A stretch of 64,000 nt of DNA from Candidatus Saccharimonadota bacterium (GCA_017516075.1 JAFWDS010000021.1:17151-81150); one strand, 5' to 3'; counted from the first letter of the stretch, positions 27,768-41,170 are shown. Made by a program: numbers and translations. The notes: a model not told the origin generated them from the sequence alone.

Positions 27768-30700
27768 TTAATACCTAGGCGACAATTCGTGGAGATATGT
27801 CGTCGTAAGGTCTACATTTGAAGTCTCGGAACGTGTCTCCGCACCGCCCCACATATATAAGGTTGGGTCGAAATTAATTATCTCAGCCGGTATAATCGAA
27901 TTAGCACCAGTCGCCGCACCATACGTGCGGTTTGCGATGATGTTTGCCGCTATGATGCCACCATTAATCACTAGTTGTCTAGAATTCTTCTGCTCATTAA
28001 TGTGCTCTTCAATATTATCATTGTCGTTCGGATCGTAGCATGTTATAACTTTTCCATCAGTTATTAGCAAAGCATCGATTCTATTTACATTGCAACCAAT
28101 CCGTATTTCTTTTTTGCCATAAATCACGATTTTTGGTACATCGTACACTGAGGCATAATTGCCAGTATATGTAATATCTCCAGTAATTGTAATCACATTG
28201 TCGCTATGAATGGCTTTTATACCATTACTAACCTCGCCACCCTGAATCGTAATGTTCTTGTCTTTAGAATAAGCATATTTTTTAGTTTCGGCATTAATAG
28301 TAAACTCATAATTATCAATAGTACTTTCTCCGCCAGGTATCAACTTATTGATAATCGAAATCTTGTTCTGTTGGTTGCTCTCGGTGTTCGTTCCATCACC
28401 AATCCCGCTAACACTACTTTCGCAATTATCATTCGAAAAACTTAAGCGCACGCGATTACAAAAGTCCACACGTGGTTCTAAACTCCCGCCAGGAGGAGAA
28501 GATAATATATTATTATTGTTTCCTTCTCCATTCGCTGGGCTAGTGTTTGGCCATACGCCGTATTGATTATTTAGTTCATTGATGCTTTGCAATCTATACC
28601 CTGTCCCCGCACCGCTAGCAAATCCCTCTACGTTACCTCTAGATATCACGGCGAGCTCACCAAACGAACCAAATATATGCGAGCCACCACCACTCCCATT
28701 ACTAATACTATAATTCGTATAACCCGCCAAATCATTCTTTACTGCTACGTTGGTCTCAATTCCAATCGCAGAATACACGTTTCCGCCCCATATCTGAATA
28801 CTCGGTTTTTTAGATATTTCAATACAACGGGATTTAGTAACATTCCATTTGCCGCTCCCTTCGATATTATTCCAGTTGGTATCGACTCCACTACTTGATG
28901 GATATGTTGCCACCGCGAAACAGACTTTGGAGCCAGCTTTTTCGTCTTTAGCATAGAATGTCTTATTCTCAGTTTTAGTTTCGCCCGTCGTATTACTATT
29001 ACTATTAAGTCGCTTATCGCCCCCTTTATATTCCGTCGTCACATAACCACATTTTTGATCATCGGCCGGCAAACCATATAATTCTTCGCAGAGTTGCGCA
29101 TTTCTGCCATTACCATAATTTGTCTTAGCTTCTACTTCTGCTGGACTAGAACCACTTGGATAATACACAATTAGCTTGCTGATGCTCTCTTCAACGACAG
29201 TTGCATAAGCCTCCGTTTCCTTGTTGTTCGTAGTCACAGCGTTTTCGCGTGGCTCGACATTTACGGTATATCCAACCGAAATCGCCTCGCCAGCAGAAAC
29301 TATCTTTTTGTCTGGCACATTCAATTCGGGCACCAGGATAAAATTATAAGGTACTCTCACGCGTGCTGTTTTTTGCAAGCTGCCGGTGTTGACGTTAGCT
29401 TTATTGAGATTACTAGATACCCCAAAAGAAACCTGTCTTGGCGTTGTTTTGGTGTTATTACTATAATTAGTTCTCACGATTTCGTCTAGATTAATACTAT
29501 TAATACCCACATCATCTCCAGAAACTATTCGTTCATTGGTCTCTACTTTTTTCGTAAAGTCACCAGGACGATATTTAGAATTAATGTGTGGATTGGTGGA
29601 AACATAGTAATAATCTCTTCTATATTTTTCAACACTATCATCTCTATTTCGGCTATATATACTTATTCCATTATTCCAATTCCCCATGTTACTAGATTTA
29701 TATGTGTTAAATAGTGAACCTAGGGCAGTAGTTGTATTAACGATAGTTCCTTCCGGACGAAGTACTCCTCCATCGATTTGCATTTTTTCGGGTTTTAGAT
29801 AGTAAGTATATTGTAGCACCGGATTATAAGTTGCTCGATACTCGACGGTTTGAAATGGTTTCGCATAAACTTCGCGCTGAAATCTATTATAAGCATTCAC
29901 ATTTTTATTACGAACCTTAATATTGATAAACGAATCATCTTGAGATGGTTCATTTGGATCCTCTGGCGTGTCTGGGTCACCAGGATCATCCGGCTGGGAT
30001 TTTCCCTCAGCTTTCACACATATTTTCGTATGTGTATAACTAGTCCCCGATTTATTATTGGGTTTAAAGAATAATGTTTCGCAGACTACCATCCCAGGAT
30101 ATAAAACTACATTTTTACTCTGGCTGACTAGCTGTTCGCCAGATTGATTAAAAGTCGTCTCTGATTTAATGGTTCCAGCCGAAACACCCTTAGTGGCATT
30201 AGTTAAATTTGACGACCTAGTTACATAATACGTTGTTGATGCTATTCCAGACGTGCGTTTCAGATAATGCCTGAAGGAGACCTTGCAACCACTAGTGGCT
30301 GAACATTGCGGAATAATCGCATTCTGCTCGCTGACGTTTCCGTTGGCAGTCCAGCCAGCGTTCGTAGTGGTCGAACCATTAATAAGGGTAGTTTTACCTT
30401 CAAACGTAGAAGGTTTAATGTGTGCGCAAGCTCCAACCACTTTCTCAGTAGTGTTGTCCAAACTGCCAAATGGTTTGTATTTTATTCTAAAACAAGCAGT
30501 GCTATCAATACCAAGCTTTAAACTTCCAAAATATACTCTTTCGCCATCAGTTGTGTTGTTTGAAGTAGCCGGGGCAAGCGTGTTGGTTATAATACTACCA
30601 ATTGTAGCATTACTCCAAGTTCCATTTGTATTTTTTCTTTGTACTACGTACGTAGTCATTCCGGAGCCGTGGATAGTTTTTAAGTCGAACCAAAATCCGG

Positions 30701-31730
30701 CCGTGCAACCACTATTGTCAGCACACTCTATTTCGGAAGTAGGAGCATTCCCCTCTGTGACCCAACCAGAACTCTGTCCGTATGCCACATTACTCCAATC
30801 TGTACCACTACCTACTCGTGCTCTAGCTTTAAATTCGTTACGAATGTAAACCGCGTACATTGTTGCATTTGAACCAATTGATTTAATATTGATTTTAGTA
30901 TTAGAATCCGAAACATAGACGTCGCTATTGGTGTTTGTGCTCGTGACATAGTTACCCGTTTTTCCGTTGTCGACCGAACTAGCAAACCCAAGAAATGTAT
31001 ATCCATCAGCAACTCCACGCTCAACGGTTGCTCTATCCCCAGCATTTACTTTACCAGAATCTCTATTCGGGATTACGCTAGAAAGTGAAGATCCATCCGC
31101 GTTTATAGATTGCAGAGTTAAAACATAGCTATCCTCCACACAGAAATAGCCAACACCATTTGGAATACTAGCGACATTAGGATGCCCGGCTTCTCTATAC
31201 AAGGCCAATGCGGCTCCTTCAGTAATCTTGGTGTTATTTGAATAATTATTTTTAATCTGTTCGTAATTCTTTGCGCCGTAATTATTGTAAGACGCCCACG
31301 CGATTAATCCATTTCGGTTTGCGGGACCAATCTGAAAGTTAAAATTAGAGTACCCATAATTGCTTCCATACATTCCATCCCATCCAAAAGACGCAAACCA
31401 TCCTGTCCTTCCGCACTCCCTCATTGCTTGACCTTTATAACCCGCCTGAAGTATATCGCCGCCATATCCAGTCCAATCATCAAGCCCCCATCCATTGTCT
31501 GTTTTAAAAATTCTCCAACTAGCTCCGCCGCCTTCACTTCCATTTGAACCGCAAAGATACAAATAAGCATTATTCGAGCAATTAGCATCAGTTCCACCAG
31601 TATTTCCACCACCCCCTTCAATGCTAAACGCAATTTCATTTAAAACTAACAGCACACCAAAGAAAGAAAGTACGATGACAAACATCATTTTGGTAAAGTA
31701 CAAACGACCTAGAGACCATCTTTTATTCAT
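27768..31730 (-). CDS. Very large secreted Asn/Thr/Gly/Cys-rich surface protein
   Basis: N-terminal signal/TM; ~1320 aa; C-terminal LVINGGIIAAN...RTYGAATG...PAEIINFDPTLY motif reminiscent of Saccharibacteria giant surface proteins. Confidence 0.7.
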   Translation of the reverse strand: MNKRWSLGRLYFTKMMFVIVLSFFGVLLVLNEIAFSIEGGGGNTGGTDANCSNNAYLYLCGSNGSEGGGASWRIFKTDNGWGLDDWTGYGGDILQAGYKGQAMRECGRTGWFASFGWDGMYGSNYGYSNFNFQIGPANRNGLIAWASYNNYGAKNYEQIKNNYSNNTKITEGAALALYREAGHPNVASIPNGVGYFCVEDSYVLTLQSINADGSSLSSVIPNRDSGKVNAGDRATVERGVADGYTFLGFASSVDNGKTGNYVTSTNTNSDVYVSDSNTKINIKSIGSNATMYAVYIRNEFKARARVGSGTDWSNVAYGQSSGWVTEGNAPTSEIECADNSGCTAGFWFDLKTIHGSGMTTYVVQRKNTNGTWSNATIGSIITNTLAPATSNNTTDGERVYFGSLKLGIDSTACFRIKYKPFGSLDNTTEKVVGACAHIKPSTFEGKTTLINGSTTTNAGWTANGNVSEQNAIIPQCSATSGCKVSFRHYLKRTSGIASTTYYVTRSSNLTNATKGVSAGTIKSETTFNQSGEQLVSQSKNVVLYPGMVVCETLFFKPNNKSGTSYTHTKICVKAEGKSQPDDPGDPDTPEDPNEPSQDDSFINIKVRNKNVNAYNRFQREVYAKPFQTVEYRATYNPVLQYTYYLKPEKMQIDGGVLRPEGTIVNTTTALGSLFNTYKSSNMGNWNNGISIYSRNRDDSVEKYRRDYYYVSTNPHINSKYRPGDFTKKVETNERIVSGDDVGINSINLDEIVRTNYSNNTKTTPRQVSFGVSSNLNKANVNTGSLQKTARVRVPYNFILVPELNVPDKKIVSAGEAISVGYTVNVEPRENAVTTNNKETEAYATVVEESISKLIVYYPSGSSPAEVEAKTNYGNGRNAQLCEELYGLPADDQKCGYVTTEYKGGDKRLNSNSNTTGETKTENKTFYAKDEKAGSKVCFAVATYPSSSGVDTNWNNIEGSGKWNVTKSRCIEISKKPSIQIWGGNVYSAIGIETNVAVKNDLAGYTNYSISNGSGGGSHIFGSFGELAVISRGNVEGFASGAGTGYRLQSINELNNQYGVWPNTSPANGEGNNNNILSSPPGGSLEPRVDFCNRVRLSFSNDNCESSVSGIGDGTNTESNQQNKISIINKLIPGGESTIDNYEFTINAETKKYAYSKDKNITIQGGEVSNGIKAIHSDNVITITGDITYTGNYASVYDVPKIVIYGKKEIRIGCNVNRIDALLITDGKVITCYDPNDNDNIEEHINEQKNSRQLVINGGIIAANIIANRTYGAATGANSIIPAEIINFDPTLYMWGGAETRSETSNVDLTTTYLHELSPRY

Positions 31731-32250
31731 TTTTACTCCTCTCTTCTTGATAAAGGTTTTCCCATTTTTCCCGCAGCTCATCATCTTCACAATCTATCGC
31801 CACTGAGGCAACACGAGAAGCTAAGTACATTTTTTCTTCTTTTGAGTACGGCGACAAATCAATAGAGCCTACATCGTTCTTAATAGCGGCACAATCTTGC
31901 ATTATGGTGGCATAATAATTAATTTTCTGGATAATTATCTCAATAGCGAGCATGGAGTCATTGTTATCGAGAGCTTCACGGATTTTTGTATTATAATAAG
32001 AAACGATATCATCGTTGTTATATTGTGGATTGTTTAGCATCAAAGTTACATCCTTAACTACCTGATCGGGTTTAGAGAGATTATTGTCTTTCAGTTCGTC
32101 TGGTAGTACAGAGTTATTGCCCATTTCGGGATTAGGCTTCGGTAGATGAATCACAACTATTGTAGCTACTAATATGACTGAAAGCAGACTTAGGGCAATC
32201 AAAACAACAAGAAGCCCATTATTATTGTTTTTTTCAACACCACCACTCAT
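31723..32250 (-). CDS. Membrane-anchored hypothetical protein
   Basis: One N-terminal TM helix, helical acidic C-domain; overlaps start of the giant protein. Confidence 0.7.
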   Translation of the reverse strand: MSGGVEKNNNNGLLVVLIALSLLSVILVATIVVIHLPKPNPEMGNNSVLPDELKDNNLSKPDQVVKDVTLMLNNPQYNNDDIVSYYNTKIREALDNNDSMLAIEIIIQKINYYATIMQDCAAIKNDVGSIDLSPYSKEEKMYLASRVASVAIDCEDDELREKWENLYQEERSKNE

Positions 32251-32368
32251 ATACTTATATATTAACACAAGAATTATGTTTTTTTAAAAAAATCTCACAA
32301 AAGTATCAAGCTAAAAACTATAAGATATGGTACAATAATATATAATAAATATAATAAAAAGGATTGCC

Positions 32369-32918
32369 GTGAAGCTTCTTATGCATGTTTGTTGCGCGCC
32401 GTGTAGCGTGTATTGTATTGATAGTCTGCGTCAGGAAGGTCTCGAGCCGACGTTTTTTTGGTACAATCCCAACATCCATCCGTTCATCGAATACAAAACT
32501 CGCCGTGATTGTTTAAAAGATTACGCAAGGCAGGTCGACGCAAAACTAATAATCAACGAAGAATATGGTCTCGATGAGTTCTGTCGAAATGTCATAGATG
32601 ATATCTCGAATCGTTGCGTGAATTATTGCTACCAAAAACGTCTCGGCGAAACTGTGCGTTATGCCGCAGAAAACGGCTATGACGCCTTCACCACCACGCT
32701 CTTAGTCTCGCCTTACCAAAAACACGATGAGCTAAAAAAAGTTTGCGAGGATTTAGCTCAGAAATCTGGCATCAAATTCATCTATCGCGATTTTCGTGAA
32801 GGCTTCCGTGAAGGTCAGAAAAAAGCCCGCGAGCTAGGCCTCTATATGCAAAAATACTGCGGCTGTATTTTTTCCGAAGAAGAGCGTTATCAAAAACAAA
32901 TCGAAAAGGATTCAAAAA

Positions 32919-32932
<14 letters not shown>
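32369..32932 (+). CDS. queH: Epoxyqueuosine reductase QueH (DUF208)
   Basis: LLMHVCCAPCS, YNPNIHP, C..CY..RL, FTTTLLVSP, YMQKYCGCIFS; adjacent to queA/tgt. Confidence 0.9.
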
Positions 32933-35452
<2,520 letters not shown>

Positions 35453-35467
35453 ACATCCATAAGTCTC

Positions 35468-35496
35468 TTGACAAATCTTACCTTAAGCGCTATAAT
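35468..35496 (+). promoter_or_regulatory. Consensus sigma70 promoter for FISUMP paralog 5
   Basis: TTGACA-17 nt-TATAAT. Confidence 0.8.
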
Positions 35497-35576
35497 GAAA
35501 GTAGCTTAATTAATCTGGATAAGGTCATACCAGTTAACAAAAAGCCAAAACAAAAACAAACAGAAAGGTCAAGAAA

Positions 35577-37367
35577 ATGAAAATCAAACGGCGAGTTATC
35601 ATTCTTGGTAGCCTCATTGGCACCACGTTTATACAAGGCATCGCATTAATGTCTACGCATGCACAGGCGGAAAATAGCGTTGTCGATAATGTCACTATCA
35701 CCGTTCCTTCTGCTTGTTCGATGAGCGCCAATGGTATGACCAGCCACAACGCCGAAATTAATAACGGCACCTATCGAGACAATATCGGTACTACTACCTT
35801 TCAAGTATTTTGTAATGACGAAGGAGGTTTTTCTGTTTATGCTGTAGGCTTTACTGGCGAAGAGTTTGGTAGCACTGTTCTCACTAGCTCAGCGTTAGGC
35901 TCAAATCACGATATCATTACGGGTACTGCCACATCAGCCGGTACACCAGATGTCTCCAACTGGGCTATGAGAGTTCAGACCAATTCCGGCGCAGCCTATC
36001 CAGTAGCTATTGAAAACGATTTTGATGAGTATCATGTAGTACCAGACGATTATACCAGAGTAATCAGCCGTGAGAATCCTACAGATATCGGTGCGTCCGC
36101 AACTGGTGCTTCGTTTACTACGACCTATTCGGCTTATATTAGTAAAACTCAACTTGCCGGCACTTACACTGGGCAAGTTAAATATACTCTTATTCATCCC
36201 GCCAGCGAGCTCCCGATAGAACCTCAAGTCACTCCTTCTGGATACATCGGCTACTATCCTAACGCGTCAAACGTCACAGATACCATGAGTGACCAACCTG
36301 TCGAAACCACTGATACTGGTGCAACTCTTTGGGGTTCCAATTTCAAACGCAAAGGCTACGGTTTTGCCGGCTGGTCCTCGACATACGACTATTCTGATCC
36401 AAATGGTTTCTATGGGCCTAATGCAGATATTGATTTCACGGCTGGTACTTATACTGGTGATAACGACGGCTTATCTCTATATGCTTATTGGATCAAATCT
36501 GCTGGGACTTTTCAAGAATGGGACGGCTGTAGTAGTCTAAATGTTGGTGACGTTACTGCTCTCACCGACTCACGCGATGACGAAACTTACGCTGTCGCCA
36601 AGTTAGCTGATGGCAATTGCTGGACTATCGAAAACCTTCGTCTTGGTCATGATGCAACTATTACCCCCGCAGACACTCAATCCACCAATGACGCATTTGG
36701 CGGCGCCTTCACTACTCTCGCCGAAGCCGAAACCAACACCTTTAATAACACTGGCACGGCTAATACTCTTTATAGTTCATCCAATATTACTGGTAGCTAT
36801 GCCGAATACCGCTACCCGCGTTATAACGACAACAACACCAGACTAGGTTCGGTTGCAAACGAAATGCAAGATCCAAGCGATAATATTAGAAGCTACGGTC
36901 ATTATTATACTTGGTCTGCCGCTATCGCCAATACCGAATACTTTTCGCAAAACAATCAAAACGCCACTACCGCATCACTTTGCCCAAGCAGTTGGACTCT
37001 GCCGGTCGCCGGTAATGATACTAGGAGCTCTAGTAGTGATTATCGCATTCTAGCCGAATCTATCATTGGTACAACTCCAAACGATACTTGGACCACTAAT
37101 CGTTCCAGATATTATAATGTAGATGGTGGCACCAATGGTACTATAGCGTCAAAGCTCATGAGAAGCTTCCCTGCTAACTTTATCTATTCTGGCAGCATTA
37201 CCGGCTCTTCCAATTCCGGAAAAGGTGTCAGTGGATACTATTGGTCGGCTACGTCTGCTAGTAGTAACTATGCTTATAGCTTTGGCCTCACTGCCACTAC
37301 AGTCTATCCAGGCACCAACTTCAACACCAAAACCGAAGGTGTCTCCATCCGCTGTGTCAAAAAATAG
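35577..37367 (+). CDS. Secreted FISUMP-domain surface protein (paralog 5)
   Basis: Same architecture; LADGNCWTIENLRL, YGHYYTW, CPSSWTLP, YYWSAT, SIRC. Confidence 0.8.
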   Translation: MKIKRRVIILGSLIGTTFIQGIALMSTHAQAENSVVDNVTITVPSACSMSANGMTSHNAEINNGTYRDNIGTTTFQVFCNDEGGFSVYAVGFTGEEFGSTVLTSSALGSNHDIITGTATSAGTPDVSNWAMRVQTNSGAAYPVAIENDFDEYHVVPDDYTRVISRENPTDIGASATGASFTTTYSAYISKTQLAGTYTGQVKYTLIHPASELPIEPQVTPSGYIGYYPNASNVTDTMSDQPVETTDTGATLWGSNFKRKGYGFAGWSSTYDYSDPNGFYGPNADIDFTAGTYTGDNDGLSLYAYWIKSAGTFQEWDGCSSLNVGDVTALTDSRDDETYAVAKLADGNCWTIENLRLGHDATITPADTQSTNDAFGGAFTTLAEAETNTFNNTGTANTLYSSSNITGSYAEYRYPRYNDNNTRLGSVANEMQDPSDNIRSYGHYYTWSAAIANTEYFSQNNQNATTASLCPSSWTLPVAGNDTRSSSSDYRILAESIIGTTPNDTWTTNRSRYYNVDGGTNGTIASKLMRSFPANFIYSGSITGSSNSGKGVSGYYWSATSASSNYAYSFGLTATTVYPGTNFNTKTEGVSIRCVKK

Positions 37368-37403
37368 CTATCGTCTATATAACACATATGTTATAATAAG
37401 AAC

Positions 37404-39239
37404 ATGAAAAAGGCTGTGCTTATTGATGTTGGGTTTATTACCGCTATGCTTATTTCTGCACAAATACTCACATCTAGCGTTTCTCGTGCCGAAAGCGCTA
37501 CGGCTAATGCTACAGTGACAGTAGCAGAGGCCTGCACTATGACTGCTACGATAGACTCGGCTCATTCTACTATAGTAAACCCTGGGCAATATGTAGACGA
37601 GATAGGACAAACTACACTTAAAGTAGTATGTAATGATGCAGAAGGATATGCTATATATGCAGTAGGAAATGCTAATAATGAATATGGGAATAATAAACTA
37701 CTAGCGAGTCTAGGCGGAACACTTAATCCAACTTACGATATAGCTACTGGTACCGCTACTTCTGGGAATACTTCTAACTGGGCGATGAAAGTAAATGCTG
37801 TAAGTGGTGCTTATACCCCTACTATTCAAAACAGTTTTGGTAGTTATCACGAAGTACCAAATGCTTACATGAAAGTAGCTGAGTATGCTTCTAATACCGA
37901 TACTTCTACTGGCTCTTCTATTACTTCTACTTACGCCGCTTTTGTAAAGCCCGATCAACCAGCCGGAAACTATAATGGAAAAGTCAAATACACCATGGTA
38001 CATCCAGTTAGCGCAAATTCGGTTGCTCCGCAAACTACTGGGGCAGGACAAATCTGCTATTATCCAAATGGACAAAACGTAGAAGGCACTATGGGCTGCC
38101 AAACAGTGTCCGCATCCGATACTTCAATTACGCTGCTAGCTTCAAACTTTTCCCGCGAAGGCTATGGCTTCGCGGGATGGAGCAAGACTTATGATTATTC
38201 CGATGGCACCGGCTTCTTCGGACCACAAGAAGACATTACCTTCACAGCTGGTGAATACACTGGAGATAATTCAGGACTTTCGCTCTATGCTCATTGGATT
38301 AAGTCGGCTGGCAACCTCCAGAGCTTCTCTTGCCCGAACAATACTACTATGTCGATAGGCTCCGTCACCGCCCTTACCGACCAACGCGATAACGAAACCT
38401 ACGCAGTAGCAAAACTCGCCGACGGCAACTGCTGGATGATAGAAAACCTCCGCCTAGAAAGCACTAATGTTGATAACTCTACTGGTTTACTAGCGGAGGG
38501 GTATGGCACTAGTTCAACTTATGGTAACTTTTCTGGCTTAGCTGTGGCGGAAAGTACCAATTTTTCTGACACCACCGCTGCAAATAGTCTTTATTATTCT
38601 GGCACCCAGGAAGGTACCGCTACTATAAATATAGGTACATTGGATGGTCCCGGCTATCGTATGCCGCGTTACAACAATACAAATACGTCTGCTAGGGCTA
38701 CCAATAACCCAACAACTAATAATAGCGCTATGTATTCTTATGGTAATTATTATAATTGGCACGCCGCTATAGCAGACCTTATTTACAACGACACGCTCAA
38801 CCAATCTACTACTGGCACTTCGCTCTGCCCTAATAGTTGGCACTTGCCAACAGGTGGAACAATTACCACAACTGTGAACGTTACAGGAGATCCAACCACC
38901 TGGCGCGAATTCTACAATCTAGGGTACACTATTATGGGTAGTGTAGCAAACGATAGCGTGGCTCAGGCAGATGCATATTACGATAATAATACTACCAATG
39001 CAAATAACGATACTGCTACCAAAGCTTTTCGTAAATACCCTAATAACTTTATTTATTCCGGCAACTATAATAATTCGTCGGTAGTTAATCAGGGTAAATA
39101 TGGTCTTTATTGGTCGTCTACTTCATATAGTTATAATCTTGCCGACTATCTGTACGTTAGTAACTCTAACGTTTATCCGGGTACGCGTTATTACAATAAG
39201 AGCTACGCCAGAAGTATTAGATGTCTTAGATCATCCTAG
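37404..39239 (+). CDS. Secreted FISUMP-domain surface protein (paralog 6)
   Basis: Same architecture; LADGNCWMIENLRL, YGNYYNW, CPNSWHLP, LYWSST, SIRC. Confidence 0.8.
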   Translation: MKKAVLIDVGFITAMLISAQILTSSVSRAESATANATVTVAEACTMTATIDSAHSTIVNPGQYVDEIGQTTLKVVCNDAEGYAIYAVGNANNEYGNNKLLASLGGTLNPTYDIATGTATSGNTSNWAMKVNAVSGAYTPTIQNSFGSYHEVPNAYMKVAEYASNTDTSTGSSITSTYAAFVKPDQPAGNYNGKVKYTMVHPVSANSVAPQTTGAGQICYYPNGQNVEGTMGCQTVSASDTSITLLASNFSREGYGFAGWSKTYDYSDGTGFFGPQEDITFTAGEYTGDNSGLSLYAHWIKSAGNLQSFSCPNNTTMSIGSVTALTDQRDNETYAVAKLADGNCWMIENLRLESTNVDNSTGLLAEGYGTSSTYGNFSGLAVAESTNFSDTTAANSLYYSGTQEGTATINIGTLDGPGYRMPRYNNTNTSARATNNPTTNNSAMYSYGNYYNWHAAIADLIYNDTLNQSTTGTSLCPNSWHLPTGGTITTTVNVTGDPTTWREFYNLGYTIMGSVANDSVAQADAYYDNNTTNANNDTATKAFRKYPNNFIYSGNYNNSSVVNQGKYGLYWSSTSYSYNLADYLYVSNSNVYPGTRYYNKSYARSIRCLRSS

Positions 39240-39257
39240 TACCGCTTAATCGTTCTT

Positions 39258-39544
39258 AATCAATCCTCTCTCTATTTTCAGAACATTTACTAGATTTGGC
39301 ACGTTGTAGTCTCTACGATTTTTCAGCGTATAAGCGACCCCCTTGAGTATTACTTAAACAAGCATCGCATAAGGGTGGCAAGAATCGTAAAACGCCATAA
39401 GAACGACCGCAATTCTGCATAAAGCGCTCACATCTGCCGGATTTTGTCAAAACTATCAACAGAACAAGTCTAGCGAAGAAAACTAATGGAGTTTGTTCTA
39501 AGGAAGTAGCAAGTCAAGTTCTGAAAATAGAGTGAGGGTTGATT
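39258..39544. repeat. 27-bp imperfect inverted repeat enclosing ~230 bp of partly self-complementary sequence
   Basis: aatcaatcctctctctattttcagaac 39258-39284 / gttctgaaaatagagtgagggttgatt 39518-39544. Confidence 0.7.
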
Positions 39545-39718
39545 GGAAGCGGCATAATTTTTATGCGCAGATTCCAGAGCAAATCGCCAGATTTATATGT
39601 TTTAAAAACGAACATTCTTTGGGAATTAAAATCTCCTACAGGTAACGGAAAGCATACGATTCAAAATAATCTAAGAGAAACCGATGGACAATCAGATAAC
39701 GTTATTCTAGATTATTAA
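39536..39718 (+). pseudogene. Remnant resembling CdiA C-terminal tRNA-nuclease-like (PD-(D/E)XK) domain
   Basis: Manual translation GLIGSGIIFMRRFQSKSPDLYVLKTNILWELKSPTGNGKHTIQNNLRETDGQSDNVILDY*; PD...WE.KSP.G.G..TI..NL...QS.NVI.D pattern; stops on both sides. Confidence 0.5.
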
Positions 39719-39757
39719 GCGCACAAGGCACTAATCCTAGTGTGTATTTTATGTTAT

Positions 39758-41170
39758 CTATTTCAGATACTGCCACACTGGGCCAGTTGGAGTGTCTTTG
39801 ACGGTAATCCCCTGCTCTGCCAATAAGTCTCTAATCTCATCTGATTTAGCATATTCTTTCGCTTCGCGCGCTTTCTGACGCTCAACAATCAGCTTCTTAA
39901 CTTCCTCAGAAATCTCCGGCGAATCAGCAATTAATCTTAGTCCAAACAACTCATCAACCTTCTGCCAATCCTCCATCGATAGCTCTGAATTGTCGATAAT
40001 CGCGAATGCCTCGGCAGAATTGAGATTATTGTTGACGGAGGAGAGTATATTTTGGGCGGGTGACGGGCATGGAGGGGGTCCCCCAAAAATGCCGTCATTT
40101 TTGGGGGAGGAAAATGCCCGGCAGGACCCGCCCAGAGATGTGCTATCGACTTTCTGATATAGCAGCGCTATCCTATTCCGCCAATTCAACCTGCGATTCT
40201 TCGCAGACTCCAATGATTCAAATGTAAAATTCCTCGTCCCTTGATAATGCCCAGACAGCACCCACATTTTATAATCCATCGGCGAAAACCCACGCTCTGC
40301 CAAGTTGCTCAGAGAATAAGTATTACCTAGCGATTTCGACACCTTCTCTCCATCAATCGTAATAAAATCGCAATGCAGCCAATAGCGAGAAAGCTTCCTC
40401 CCAGTCATTGCATGCATTTCAGCTATTTCATTGCTATGATGTACCGGAATGTGATCTATGCCGCCTGTATGAATATCAATCGGCTCACCAAGTTCCTTAT
40501 GAATAATCGTAGCACACTCTAGATGCCAGCCAGGATACCCAGGTCGCCCCAAATAATCCCAACGCATCGCATGTTTTTCGCCTGGCTTAATGAACTTCCA
40601 GACTGCAAAATCCGAAATATTACGCTTCTCATCCGAAAATCCTACTCTAGCACCAGCCTGTAATCCAGCTAGGTCCAATTTAGCAAAATCCGCATACTCA
40701 GGAAATCTAGAAGTATCATAATATATGCCATCGGTTGTTTCATAGGTAAAACCATTCTCAGTCATCTTATCTACAGCATCCATATCGGCTTCGATGTAAT
40801 CCGTCGCTCTCGCCCAAATCTCCGGTTGCAAAAGTTCCAAACTATCATAATCTTTGCGGAACTTCTCTATATAATAATCCGCCACTTCATACACGCTTTT
40901 CCCTTCGCGCTCGGCCCCTTTTTCTAGTTTATCCTCACCCGAATCTGCATCAGATACCAAATGCCCTACATCTGTGAGATTCAATACTCTCTTTACTTTA
41001 TAACCATTTGTGCGCAGAGCTCTCACTAGCAAATCCCAATAGATATAGGCTGTGAGATTTCCAATATGAGCTTCGGCGTATACCGTCGGCCCACAGGTAT
41101 ATATTTTCACAACATCATCCCGAGGCTTGAACTCCTCTAGTTCGCGCCCCAAAGTATTATAGAGTTTCAT
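39758..41170 (-). CDS. cysS: Cysteine--tRNA ligase with in-frame palindromic insertion
   Basis: YTCGPTVY...HIGN, NLTDVGH, DFAVWK, GYPGWHLECA, DIHTGGIDH..VHHSNEIA, KVSKSLGN. Confidence 0.95.
   Translation of the reverse strand: MKLYNTLGRELEEFKPRDDVVKIYTCGPTVYAEAHIGNLTAYIYWDLLVRALRTNGYKVKRVLNLTDVGHLVSDADSGEDKLEKGAEREGKSVYEVADYYIEKFRKDYDSLELLQPEIWARATDYIEADMDAVDKMTENGFTYETTDGIYYDTSRFPEYADFAKLDLAGLQAGARVGFSDEKRNISDFAVWKFIKPGEKHAMRWDYLGRPGYPGWHLECATIIHKELGEPIDIHTGGIDHIPVHHSNEIAEMHAMTGRKLSRYWLHCDFITIDGEKVSKSLGNTYSLSNLAERGFSPMDYKMWVLSGHYQGTRNFTFESLESAKNRRLNWRNRIALLYQKVDSTSLGGSCRAFSSPKNDGIFGGPPPCPSPAQNILSSVNNNLNSAEAFAIIDNSELSMEDWQKVDELFGLRLIADSPEISEEVKKLIVERQKAREAKEYAKSDEIRDLLAEQGITVKDTPTGPVWQYLK
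40053..40134. mobile_element. Intragenic palindromic element (GGGTGAC/CAGGACCC type) in cysS
   Basis: tgggcgggt/acccgccca, cgggcat/atgcccg, cccccaaaaatg/catttttggggg; encodes LGGSCRAFSSPKNDGIFGGPPPCPSPAQ. Confidence 0.85.

Noticed and set aside
39241-39757. tmRNA, RNase P RNA or DGR template repeat
   Set aside because: No tRNA-like ends or tag ORF, no GAGGAAAGUCC core, and no AAC-rich similarity to the FISUMP tails.
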